In this document: one piece after another, positions 1 to 8,209 of the stretch
How the letters are laid out: the number at the start of each line of letters is the position of its first letter
How positions within the stretch are numbered: the stretch's first letter is position 1
Origin: Candidatus Thorarchaeota archaeon
GTDB lineage: Archaea; Asgardarchaeota; Thorarchaeia; Thorarchaeales; Thorarchaeaceae
Length of the DNA stretch: 32,000 nt
Assembly (NCBI GenBank): GCA_003345555.1
Contig: PRDJ01000026.1
Location: 1 to 32,000, forward strand
Reading direction: 5' to 3'
Made by a program: the position numbers and the translations under genes
Notes under the pieces: model-generated
Told to the model about the DNA's origin: nothing
Database searches by the model: none
What the model saw: the letters and a program-made list of their open reading frames with translations, nothing else

Positions 1-1
1 A

Positions 2-193
2 GAATTGAGCGATGCCGTACTCAGAAGGAAGAACCATGCAGCAATCGCAGATGAGATGGCAGATGTCTTGGCTTGGGTATGCTCTTTCGCAAACTTGCTG
101 AATGTGGATCTATCAGCGGCCTTGGCCAAGAAGTACAATGGTGTATGCCCTCGGTGCAAAAAGGCTCCTTGTGAATGTACTGACACACCCTAG
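2..193 (+). CDS. MazG-like nucleotide pyrophosphohydrolase, 3' part only (5' end outside window)
   Basis: Frame open from base 2. EMADVLAW..FAN...VDL..A..KKY followed by CPRC..PCEC is typical of archaeal MazG-like proteins. Confidence 0.8.
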   Translation, partial: ELSDAVLRRKNHAAIADEMADVLAWVCSFANLLNVDLSAALAKKYNGVCPRCKKAPCECTDTP

Positions 194-294
194 GCCAAGT
201 TGCTCTAGCGGGTATCTGACTAACCGGTCAAATGATAGGTCAAAAGGATTAAAAGCTAAGGACAGAGAGAGCCTCACGCCTAGGAGATAGGACA

Positions 295-474
295 ATGCCA
301 AAGACTGCTAAGAAACGGAAGGGCAGGAGAGGCGAAGGACCAATGCCCTCAGGAGGCGCAGGGCTCATCAGGTTCTTTGAGGATGAGACGCCGGGCATCA
401 AGATAGGTCCGACCGTGGTTGTGATTTTCGCAGCAGTCCTAGTGATCCTGACAGTCGCGGCCCATATCCTGTGA
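295..474 (+). CDS. secG: Preprotein translocase subunit Sec61beta/SecG (59 aa, not in ORF track)
   Basis: Hand translation: MPKTAKKRKGRRGEGPMPSGGAGLIRFFEDETPGIKIGPTVVVIFAAVLVILTVAAHIL*. It has the AGLIRFF(D/E)E..GIKI.P signature, a basic N-terminus and one C-terminal TM helix. AGGAG lies at 282-286. Confidence 0.93.
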   Translation: MPKTAKKRKGRRGEGPMPSGGAGLIRFFEDETPGIKIGPTVVVIFAAVLVILTVAAHIL

Positions 475-514
475 TTCGGCACTCGGCTAGATTCGCTGTG
501 CCGCGCCCCAAGGG

Positions 515-521
515 TTATAAA
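515..521 (+). promoter_or_regulatory. TATA box candidate for rpl44e
   Basis: TTATAAA about 45 nt upstream of the ATG at 566, in intergenic DNA. Confidence 0.6.
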
Positions 522-565
522 CAGCTCACGGCGGGTGTTGACGGCTTAATGCTGGTGATCCTGAC

Positions 566-847
566 ATGAACATTAAGGGGTCGATGAACAAGTACTGTCC
601 AAGATGTCACAAGTACACTGAGCATACCATATCCACGTACAAGAAGGGTCAGGATCGAAACAGGGCACAGGGAAAGCGGAGAATGGACAGAAAGACCAAA
701 GGCTACGGTTCTTTTCCAAAGCCGATACAACACCGCTTCGCCAAGACCACAAAGAAGACTGCACTGAAGTACAAATGCAAGGATTGTGGATACATAATCC
801 AGACGAAGGGCATGAGACTAAAGAGGCTTGAAGTGGTAAGGACTTGA
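566..847 (+). CDS. rpl44e: 50S ribosomal protein L44e (eL42)
   Basis: YCPRCHKYTEH, YKKG, GYGSFPKP, KTTKK and KCKDCG motifs. Confidence 0.97.
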   Translation: MNIKGSMNKYCPRCHKYTEHTISTYKKGQDRNRAQGKRRMDRKTKGYGSFPKPIQHRFAKTTKKTALKYKCKDCGYIIQTKGMRLKRLEVVRT

Positions 848-957
848 TTGGAGGAAAGCCACGTAGCCGCCTCAATTATCACACGTTCTCTTCTTGTGAC
901 TTCTTTCAGCAACGAGACCCTATCTCTACGTAGTTACGTTGAGTTGTGTCGATAGAG

Positions 958-963
958 TTATAA
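958..963 (+). promoter_or_regulatory. TATA box candidate for rps27e-aIF2alpha-nop10
   Basis: TTATAA within the 208-nt rpl44e-rps27e spacer. Confidence 0.5.
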
Positions 964-1055
964 TGAAACTCCCACCCGGCCGTAATGAGTGCCTAGGTAG
1001 GGCACCATTTGCCGACTAGAGCACACAAATGATACAGACTGCAGCGGTGGTAGTA

Positions 1056-1256
1056 TTGACTAAAGGAGATGTCGTTCAGCAGCCCCGTTCGCGATTCATG
1101 AAAGTTAAGTGTCTGGACTGCGAGAATGAACAGATTATCTTCGGGTATGCCACGACCGAAGTAAAATGCCTCAAGTGTGGGAAGGTCTTAGCCAAGCCCA
1201 GTGGAGGAAAGGCAAGACTGGAAACCAATGCCAGAGAAGTTGAGGTATTTCAATAA
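1056..1256 (+). CDS. rps27e: 30S ribosomal protein S27e
   Basis: PRSRFMKVKCLDCENEQIIF...KCLKCG..LA.PSGGKA. TTG start at 1056 preferred (GGTGG at 1046-1050) over the track's ATG at 1029. Confidence 0.96.
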   Translation: MTKGDVVQQPRSRFMKVKCLDCENEQIIFGYATTEVKCLKCGKVLAKPSGGKARLETNAREVEVFQ

Positions 1257-1298
1257 GGAGCATCTACGTTATCGTGTCGGTCCGGAGGTCTTGAATCT

Positions 1299-2093
1299 AT
1301 GGTCAAGAAGCGTGCTGAATGGCCACAGACCGATGACTATGCGGTAGCTGTCGCAACCAAGGTTGCTCCTTATGGGGCGTATGTGACATTGCCCGAATAT
1401 GGAGACAAAGAGGGCTTCATCCATATCTCGGAGATAAGCAGCACTTGGGTAAGGAACATCCGCAATCATATTCACGAGAATATGAGGACAGTCGTGAAGG
1501 TACTTCAGGTAGACACTCAGAAGAAACACATAGACTGCTCACTCAGGAGAGTCTCTGCTGAGGCAAAGAGAGCGAAGAACAACGAATGGAAGAGATCACA
1601 GAAGGCAGAGAAGCTCCTCGAAGTGGTTGCCAAGGAGAACAAGATGACGCTCGAACAGATATACGATAGTCTTGGCTGGCCAATTGAGGATACCTTCGGG
1701 GAAATCTACAAGGGACTCGAACGCGCCGCCGATGCGGGGGTCGAAGCACTCAAGGATGTGAATGCGCCCAAGGACGTGCTAGAGCAGATAGCCAATCTAG
1801 CAAAAGCACGTATCGAGATTCCTTCAGTCGACATCGATGGCGAGCTTTCCATTGTTGTTCCCGGTCCTGCCGGAATCGAGGTAATAAGGACAGCTTTGAC
1901 AACCGCGCTTAATCAAAGAGCAGACTACGAGAAATCCACCATGGATATCTATGCCTTGGGAGCACCCCGTTATAAGTTGCATATTGTCAGCCCAAACTAC
2001 AAAGAGGCAGAAGAGATTCTTCAGAATATCATGAACTCTATCACCAAGGGCATTGAGGGCAGTGGCGGGACCGTGAGTTTCGCCCGCAAGTAG
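1299..2093 (+). CDS. eif2a: Translation initiation factor 2 subunit alpha (a/eIF2alpha)
   Basis: S1 domain (YGAYVTLPEYG..EGFIHISEISS.WVRNIR, IDCSLRRV) and C-terminal GAPRY. Canonical rps27e-aIF2alpha-nop10 order. Confidence 0.97.
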   Translation: MVKKRAEWPQTDDYAVAVATKVAPYGAYVTLPEYGDKEGFIHISEISSTWVRNIRNHIHENMRTVVKVLQVDTQKKHIDCSLRRVSAEAKRAKNNEWKRSQKAEKLLEVVAKENKMTLEQIYDSLGWPIEDTFGEIYKGLERAADAGVEALKDVNAPKDVLEQIANLAKARIEIPSVDIDGELSIVVPGPAGIEVIRTALTTALNQRADYEKSTMDIYALGAPRYKLHIVSPNYKEAEEILQNIMNSITKGIEGSGGTVSFARK

Positions 2094-2096
2094 GTC

Positions 2097-2282
2097 GTGC
2101 CGACTATGACCCACCTCTTCAAGTGTGCTAGATGCGGCAAGTACACTCTTCATGATGATGCATGTCCAATCTGTGGAGGCCATGTCAAAGACCCACAGCC
2201 GGCCAGATTCTCAGTCCAAGACAAATATGGGGAATACCGTCGGAGGGCAAAGAGGGGTTCTGGCAAAGTACCTGCCGCCTAG
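2097..2282 (+). CDS. nop10: H/ACA RNP protein Nop10
   Basis: KCARCGKYTL...CPICG...PARFSVQDKYGEYRR. Alternative ATG at 2106. Confidence 0.95.
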   Translation: MPTMTHLFKCARCGKYTLHDDACPICGGHVKDPQPARFSVQDKYGEYRRRAKRGSGKVPAA

Positions 2283-2332
2283 CGACTAGGCGAATCAGGA
2301 AAGCGGAGACCAATGTCTGCGCACGAACGACT

Positions 2333-5107
2333 TCAGTATAGCTGCACAGGGATCCAGATTGTTCGCCACTCAGATGCCAGTGTGGGCTCGCCAGATGTAA
2401 CTCCATCCCAGAATAGGATACGAATCTGATAGTTCATTCCGGGCCGAAGGGTGACATCTTCAGAGCTTGAAGCGCCTAGCGGTAGGAAGAACTCTGTGAT
2501 GTTCGTACCGGTTGCGAAGTGAGTAGCATTGGCGCCGCCAGTGTCATAGGACCAGTCGCCGTTATAGTCTATGTGGCCGTCGTAGGCCTGGTGACCTTGG
2601 TAGTTGATAATGCGCAGGTCTGACTTGTCAACTGAGCCCAACGGGGCAATCTGTATGCCTAGAGCATCGTTGCCCGTCTGGTAGCCGGGCAGATTGACAC
2701 CAAAGTATATGCGACTGGAGTTGCCTTGGATGTAGACTTTCGCGTCAAACCCGCTTCCCAAGACTGCATCAAAGCTCGCGAATGCCTTCTCACCAGTAGA
2801 CAGGACACCGTCCATTTTGGCAGACGTAAGGTCACCAATCTTTGGTGCCCACTGGGCATTGGTTCTGTTGATGTAATGATAGTACATCGTGTAGTCGATA
2901 TCATAGATCTTGACGAGACCATAGTCTGAGCTAACATAGGCATTCGTGAATGCGCCATGCAAGTCAACTGGCATGTGACCAATCCAGCGAGAGTCGTACA
3001 TATAGCCACCATTATACTCATCGACACTCAGGCGAGCTGAACTGAGGCCCATGGAATTGCCCTCATCTGGACTCGTGGGTTCTCCATAAGACAGCAGCTT
3101 GAACAGTGTTGACGAGTAGAATGCGTCGAGTGTGTAATCGGTCTCGTGAATACTGGTGGTCGATGGATCATCACCTAGATATGTGGCATCATCTATCGTC
3201 TTGGTTCCGAGATAGTCCTCAGCGATACGAACCATCCAAGGCCATTTTCCATCATCCCCACCGAACCCAGCGATCTCATGTCCCCAGTAGACGAGTATCT
3301 GTGTTGCGTTCCAAAGCTTGAAAATCCTAAGGGACTCGGTGAGATTGAGTGCCATCAAAGCATAGCCCATCAGAGCTATCTGAGTGCCGTTGATGGTTGC
3401 ATTATCAACAACTGTGTCGGCTCCGCCTGCGCCGTTTATCCAGTATCCATAATCCCACCAGCTCGCAACTGTGGCTCCACTAGGCATGACGCTGCGTACG
3501 TGTGTCATGGCAGTCTGCCAGTCCCGCCACTGCCCTGAAGTCGAATAGATACTGATGGGAGCAAACTCGGGACCGCCCATGTTTACACCATACTGAATTC
3601 CCAAATAGACATTGACCGAAAGCAGAAGACCGACGAACGTGAATGCTGCGAGTGCATGTTCTGATGTCAAGGATGTACTAATCCTGAATCGTCGACGCTC
3701 AAAAACCGACTTCTGAGCAACGACCTTAGCGAACGGTGCAAGAACGAAATCCACCGCGACTGCTGCAAGCAAAGCTACTGCAGGAGCCAGAATGAGACCA
3801 AGACGAATCATGCTACCGGTGAAGTATACTGCGGCCAATCCAAACAGCACAACAAGCCAGTCTTCGTCCTTACCTCTCTTAAACAGGAAATACATACCGA
3901 GAGGAAACAGGAATATTAAGACTGAAAGTGTCTGATAGAAGCTCGCCCAAGGAGCGGGCAGATGCTCGGCGACGGAGTTGAAGATTCGCTGCTCTAATCT
4001 GAAAAATGGATTTATTACAGCCAAGAACTTCCCGCCTACGAACGTTATAGGATTAGACCCGACTGTTGATATTGACAGGTTCTGACTTGTTTCGTAGGCG
4101 AAGTATGCAGCGACTCCCACGATAGGGGCTACTAAGCCGAGTAGAATTGGTTTTGCGTGGGGTGCAAGAGCGCCTGCGGTGGCGTGACGGTATCTCGCTA
4201 CCCGTAGCCACACCTCATAGCACGCAAGCACGGCCCCGACACCGACGGGAGCAAGGAATGCGAGAGATGTGAGAGTACCCGAAGTCTCGAAACTGCTTCT
4301 AGGCAGCAAACCTCCTATAAACAGCCCAATGCTGAGTGTGATTAGGTAGCTAGACAGAAGCCGCCTGCTGTATCGACCCGTGACCAGCATGAGTGCTCCA
4401 AAAAGTGCGAATAGATCGGTTAGAAAATCGGAAGCACCCCATGAAATCTGAAGATAGCCTAAGCAAAGTCCTGCAGCTACAGCGGATGGCAAAGATCCCC
4501 TCTTGAGAGCGCGAACAAAGAACAAGAGTGTGATGACGATTGCAAAGATACCAACAGACTCGTTATCAAAAAAGCCGGCAGTGGTTCTCTGTATGTAAGC
4601 CGGCATGAATGCCATGAACAACGAGCTCAATAGGCCGACGGCCTTGTTTGAGAGTTCCTTGCCCAGAAAGAACGTGATCAGTGTCGTGCATGCGCCCATG
4701 AATGAGGACATCATTATAGAGACCGTTAACACATCGATGCTGATGCCGAGGCCATTAACAATGAAGTATAGTGTCGCAGCTGTAAACGGCACACCAATGT
4801 ATGTCGAAGCAGGAATGCTGCGGCCGAACGGAACCCAGCTGGTATAATCGTACCAGCTGAAGAAGGATGCGTAACCATTTGCCGCGACGTACTCTGTCAC
4901 TTTGAGCTGGTACCAGCAGTCAAACTCGTGGACTACTGGCTGCGAGCTCATCATAGGCGCCAGACGGACTGCCAAGGCCGCAAAGAACAGAATCGTAAGT
5001 GCGACTACTAGGAGAATAGAGCCTCTAGATATCTTCGCCTTTGGTTTATGGAAGACCTGTCGGAACAGCCTTCCGATTGATTTCTTGAAGCTTCTGAGAC
5101 TCGGCAT
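2333..5107 (-). CDS. aglB: Oligosaccharyltransferase catalytic subunit STT3/AglB with extra C-terminal domain
   Basis: EFD, GFFDNE, SVAEH, WWDYG, DNATINGT and DDGKWPWMVRI motifs with many TM helices. ATG 5107 is preceded by GGAG; the track extends to TTG 5146. Confidence 0.95.
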   Translation of the reverse strand: MPSLRSFKKSIGRLFRQVFHKPKAKISRGSILLVVALTILFFAALAVRLAPMMSSQPVVHEFDCWYQLKVTEYVAANGYASFFSWYDYTSWVPFGRSIPASTYIGVPFTAATLYFIVNGLGISIDVLTVSIMMSSFMGACTTLITFFLGKELSNKAVGLLSSLFMAFMPAYIQRTTAGFFDNESVGIFAIVITLLFFVRALKRGSLPSAVAAGLCLGYLQISWGASDFLTDLFALFGALMLVTGRYSRRLLSSYLITLSIGLFIGGLLPRSSFETSGTLTSLAFLAPVGVGAVLACYEVWLRVARYRHATAGALAPHAKPILLGLVAPIVGVAAYFAYETSQNLSISTVGSNPITFVGGKFLAVINPFFRLEQRIFNSVAEHLPAPWASFYQTLSVLIFLFPLGMYFLFKRGKDEDWLVVLFGLAAVYFTGSMIRLGLILAPAVALLAAVAVDFVLAPFAKVVAQKSVFERRRFRISTSLTSEHALAAFTFVGLLLSVNVYLGIQYGVNMGGPEFAPISIYSTSGQWRDWQTAMTHVRSVMPSGATVASWWDYGYWINGAGGADTVVDNATINGTQIALMGYALMALNLTESLRIFKLWNATQILVYWGHEIAGFGGDDGKWPWMVRIAEDYLGTKTIDDATYLGDDPSTTSIHETDYTLDAFYSSTLFKLLSYGEPTSPDEGNSMGLSSARLSVDEYNGGYMYDSRWIGHMPVDLHGAFTNAYVSSDYGLVKIYDIDYTMYYHYINRTNAQWAPKIGDLTSAKMDGVLSTGEKAFASFDAVLGSGFDAKVYIQGNSSRIYFGVNLPGYQTGNDALGIQIAPLGSVDKSDLRIINYQGHQAYDGHIDYNGDWSYDTGGANATHFATGTNITEFFLPLGASSSEDVTLRPGMNYQIRILFWDGVTSGEPTLASEWRTIWIPVQLY

Positions 5108-5204
5108 ACGGCGTTCTCCGTTCGGAGCTGCTTTCGACCGACGCAATCTTGGATGCGCTAAAAAGGTTGCTGTTCGTAGAGCTATCGTACATCAATGTCT
5201 GGAC

Positions 5205-5254
5205 AAAAAGCGGCTGTCCGGACCAAGGATGCCTCATACTCCGTTCCCGGACAG
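5205..5254 (-). terminator. Hairpin plus U-tract downstream of gcvH
   Basis: 8-bp stem CTGTCCGG (5214-5221)/CCGGACAG (5247-5254) with a 25-nt loop, followed on the minus strand by CCGC-TTTTT. Confidence 0.4.
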
Positions 5255-5294
5255 ATGATCAACTATTGACGACTGGAAGCGAATGCATCTCGTT

Positions 5295-5702
5295 CTACTT
5301 GGAAACTATGAAAGCAGAATAGGCTTTGCTGTCCATAAGCTTCTTCAAATCCTGCTTTGGATTTGAACACTTGATTTTGCACATCCAGCCTTTACCATAA
5401 GGATCCTGATTCACAATCTCAGGTGCGTCATCTAAGGCCGTATTCACCTCAGCAATCTGGCCACTGACTGGTGAGAAAACGTCGGAAGATGCCTTCATGG
5501 ACTCAACAAGGCCGCATTCCTCGCCAGCAGTCACATCGGTGCCGGGCTCTTTAATCTCGACAAAGGTGATCTCATGAAGAGCGTTCTGTGCGTAATCGGT
5601 AATCCCGACGATGACCATGTCACCTTGCACCTTCGCCCATTCATGTTCCTTCGTATAGTATAGTCCATCAATGACTTTCGTGCCTTTAGCGCCCTTCGAC
5701 AT
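5295..5702 (-). CDS. gcvH: Glycine cleavage system H protein
   Basis: YYTKEHEW, VGITDYAQ..L.EITFVE, lipoyl-lysine motif VESMKASSDVFSP, VNQDPYGKGW. Confidence 0.97.
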   Translation of the reverse strand: MSKGAKGTKVIDGLYYTKEHEWAKVQGDMVIVGITDYAQNALHEITFVEIKEPGTDVTAGEECGLVESMKASSDVFSPVSGQIAEVNTALDDAPEIVNQDPYGKGWMCKIKCSNPKQDLKKLMDSKAYSAFIVSK

Positions 5703-5758
5703 CCAAGCTCACCTTCGTCTTTGAGTTCAAATGAGACTGCTTTAAATCACTTTGCATT

Positions 5759-6904
5759 CTACCGAGCACGATTCTCGCCATATTTCTGAGGATCGTAGAA
5801 AGGCCATCCAGTCACCTTCGCCTTTCGTACCCGGCCCTTGATATCAATCTCTACTGTATCGCCCTCTTTCGCACTTTCCGGCTTCACGTATGCCATCGCA
5901 ATACCACAATCTAGTACGGGGGACATACCACCGCTCGTAACCATTCCTATCTTCTCACCGTTAATCAAAACGGGGTATTGCTCACGAGGAATCCCTTTGT
6001 CAACCATTACTAGTCCGATACGTGTCTTGGTGACACCGGCCTCCTTCTGCTTCGAGAGAGCATCGTATCCAATGTAATGCGGCGCGACTTTGAATTTCAC
6101 CGCGTATGAGATTCTGGCCTCAAGTGGAGTTGTGTTCTCGTCGAGCTCATGACCGTACAGCACTAATCCGGCCTCAAGACGTGTCGAATCTCTCGCACCA
6201 AGCCCACACGGTTTGACCCCGAAGTCCTTCCCCTGCTTGAGTATCTCTTCCCAGAAAGCAATGGCCTTCTTCTTCCCTGCATCATTGAAGGGAGTGTTGA
6301 GCAAGAGTACTTCGCCGCCCTCCTCGCCCGTGTAGCCAGTCCTGCACAGATAGCAGTCATGCCCAGCAAGCTTCACAGAATTGCAGCTGAATCGTGGCAG
6401 CGCCCTCGCATCTAACCCCGCCATCTTTGACAGCAGCTCCAGCGCGTTTGGCCCTTGCACCGCAATCATCACCACGTCCTTGGATCGGTCCTCGACAACG
6501 ACTTTGAAGCGCTTGGCATTTGCTATGAGATGAGACTTAATCTTCGGGCCATTCGACGCATTGGTAATCCATATGAATTCCATTTCCCCGATTCTGTAAA
6601 TCATTAGGTCATCGTGGATTCCGCCTTTCTCATTGAGACACGTAGCATAGTGACCCTCATTGAGCCCAAGCTTGGCAACATTGTTTGTGGTCAGAGTCTG
6701 CAGAAAATCAACAACCTGCGGACCGCTCACAAAGAAACGCGACATATGTGTCGTGTCAAATATCCCGACAGCTTCCCTAACAGCCATGTGCTCTTCACGG
6801 ATGTCAGTATAACGGACAGGCATTTCCCATCCTGCAAAGGGGACTACATCGCCATGGGATTTGTGCCATTCGTAAAGGTGAGTTCTATCTAGCTTCTCAC
6901 TCAA
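5759..6904 (-). CDS. gcvT: Glycine cleavage system aminomethyltransferase T
   Basis: FAGWEMPVRY, EH.AVR...GIFDTTHM, RTGYTGEEG.E, GLGARDSTRLEAG. TTG 6904 follows GGTGA; GTG 6916 is an alternative start. Confidence 0.96.
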   Translation of the reverse strand: MSEKLDRTHLYEWHKSHGDVVPFAGWEMPVRYTDIREEHMAVREAVGIFDTTHMSRFFVSGPQVVDFLQTLTTNNVAKLGLNEGHYATCLNEKGGIHDDLMIYRIGEMEFIWITNASNGPKIKSHLIANAKRFKVVVEDRSKDVVMIAVQGPNALELLSKMAGLDARALPRFSCNSVKLAGHDCYLCRTGYTGEEGGEVLLLNTPFNDAGKKKAIAFWEEILKQGKDFGVKPCGLGARDSTRLEAGLVLYGHELDENTTPLEARISYAVKFKVAPHYIGYDALSKQKEAGVTKTRIGLVMVDKGIPREQYPVLINGEKIGMVTSGGMSPVLDCGIAMAYVKPESAKEGDTVEIDIKGRVRKAKVTGWPFYDPQKYGENRAR

Positions 6905-7051
6905 TGATATCACCACTTCCGGGCGAGACGTCGAACCCTCTAGGTTTTATCTCCTTCCATACATCTCCTTCAGAGCAGGTGAAAAACCATCGGTTGCCGC
7001 AGCAGAAGCATATGTGGGCTGGAAGTTGGAGGAGGACAGCGGATCAAAGTC

Positions 7052-8194
7052 ATGGGAGTCCTCAACCTTTCACCAGAGTCGTTCTACCAAGGTTCCGTTC
7101 TTAGTGATCCAAGCCAGGTCTATGAGACGGTACAAAGGATGGAGAAAGACGGAGCGGATTTCATCGATGTGGGAGCGGCATCGACGGCACCTAAGAATGC
7201 CTATGGAACAATAGAAGTGAGCCAGCAGAAAGAACTGAAGAGAATCAGAGAAACGTTGGGATTGATTGTAGAATGTACAAGACTACCAATATCAATCGAC
7301 ACTAGGTCGGCCTCGGTTGCAGAAGAGGCTCTACGTATGGGCGCCGCTCTAATCAATGATACTTCTGGTCTTCGTGCCGACAGTCAAATGGCGAAGCTTG
7401 TAGCGGATAATGCAGTACCCATCATCCTAATGGCTAATTGTGGAGAACCGTGTCTGAGTATTGAATCGAGCTTAGATTCTCTTGGAGTTAGCATAAGGAC
7501 TGCGTTGGGTGCAGGGGTGAATTCAGACCTAATTATCATAGATCCGGGGATTGGATTTGGCAAGCCTGCAGAGATAGACTGCGCTATCTTGAGAGGCCTG
7601 AGAGCTTTCTCATTGCTCGGACATCCGCTATTGGTTGGGGTCTCTAGAAAGGCATTCATTGGCAACCTTCTCGGTTTGCCGGATCCAGCACAGCGACTTG
7701 CTGGAACTATAGCTGCTACGTCAATCGCCGTTCTGAATGGTGCGGATATCATACGCGCACACGACGTAAGAGAAGCACGCGTTGCTGCTGCAATCGGTGA
7801 AGCACTAAGAACACCAGTGTCAACCGCAGGAGATAACGTAGAGATTCTTGCACCATGCAATGAGCGAGAAGCAGAGCTGCTGATACGTCAGGTAGGTGCC
7901 AGTTCAGAGATTATTAGGCAACTGGCGAATAAGGCATTGACGCTCAGTGTTGTGGTCAGAGATGTACTGACCCCGGCAGCTCTAGTACTAAAACAGGAGA
8001 TGCTTGCCTTAGGAGGAGATGCTGCCTATCACTATGACGTAATAGATCATAAGACGGACCGAACAGATGTCCTAATAATCGGGACTCCGCTTCATCTCAG
8101 CAAGCTGGTCAAGAGAATATCGACAATGCGGGATTTCGGACTGGACAAGATTGGCGCGCGAATTCGAGATGTTATGAGCAAGCGCAGGTGTTAA
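7052..8194 (+). CDS. folP: Dihydropteroate synthase with C-terminal Prd-like extra domain
   Basis: MGVLNLSPESF, GADFIDVGA.ST, SIDT, INDTSG, IDPGIGFGK, GVSRKAFIG, IIRAHDV. The true start may lie upstream (see findings). Confidence 0.93.
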   Translation: MGVLNLSPESFYQGSVLSDPSQVYETVQRMEKDGADFIDVGAASTAPKNAYGTIEVSQQKELKRIRETLGLIVECTRLPISIDTRSASVAEEALRMGAALINDTSGLRADSQMAKLVADNAVPIILMANCGEPCLSIESSLDSLGVSIRTALGAGVNSDLIIIDPGIGFGKPAEIDCAILRGLRAFSLLGHPLLVGVSRKAFIGNLLGLPDPAQRLAGTIAATSIAVLNGADIIRAHDVREARVAAAIGEALRTPVSTAGDNVEILAPCNEREAELLIRQVGASSEIIRQLANKALTLSVVVRDVLTPAALVLKQEMLALGGDAAYHYDVIDHKTDRTDVLIIGTPLHLSKLVKRISTMRDFGLDKIGARIRDVMSKRRC

Positions 8195-8209
8195 TCGGGG
8201 TGATTATGG

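Noticed and set aside
249-482. 77-aa minus-strand ORF
   Set aside because: Antisense shadow of Sec61beta, which carries the family signature.
4605-5258. Plus-strand ORFs of 80 and 118 aa
   Set aside because: Antisense to stt3 TM-coding sequence and show no motifs.
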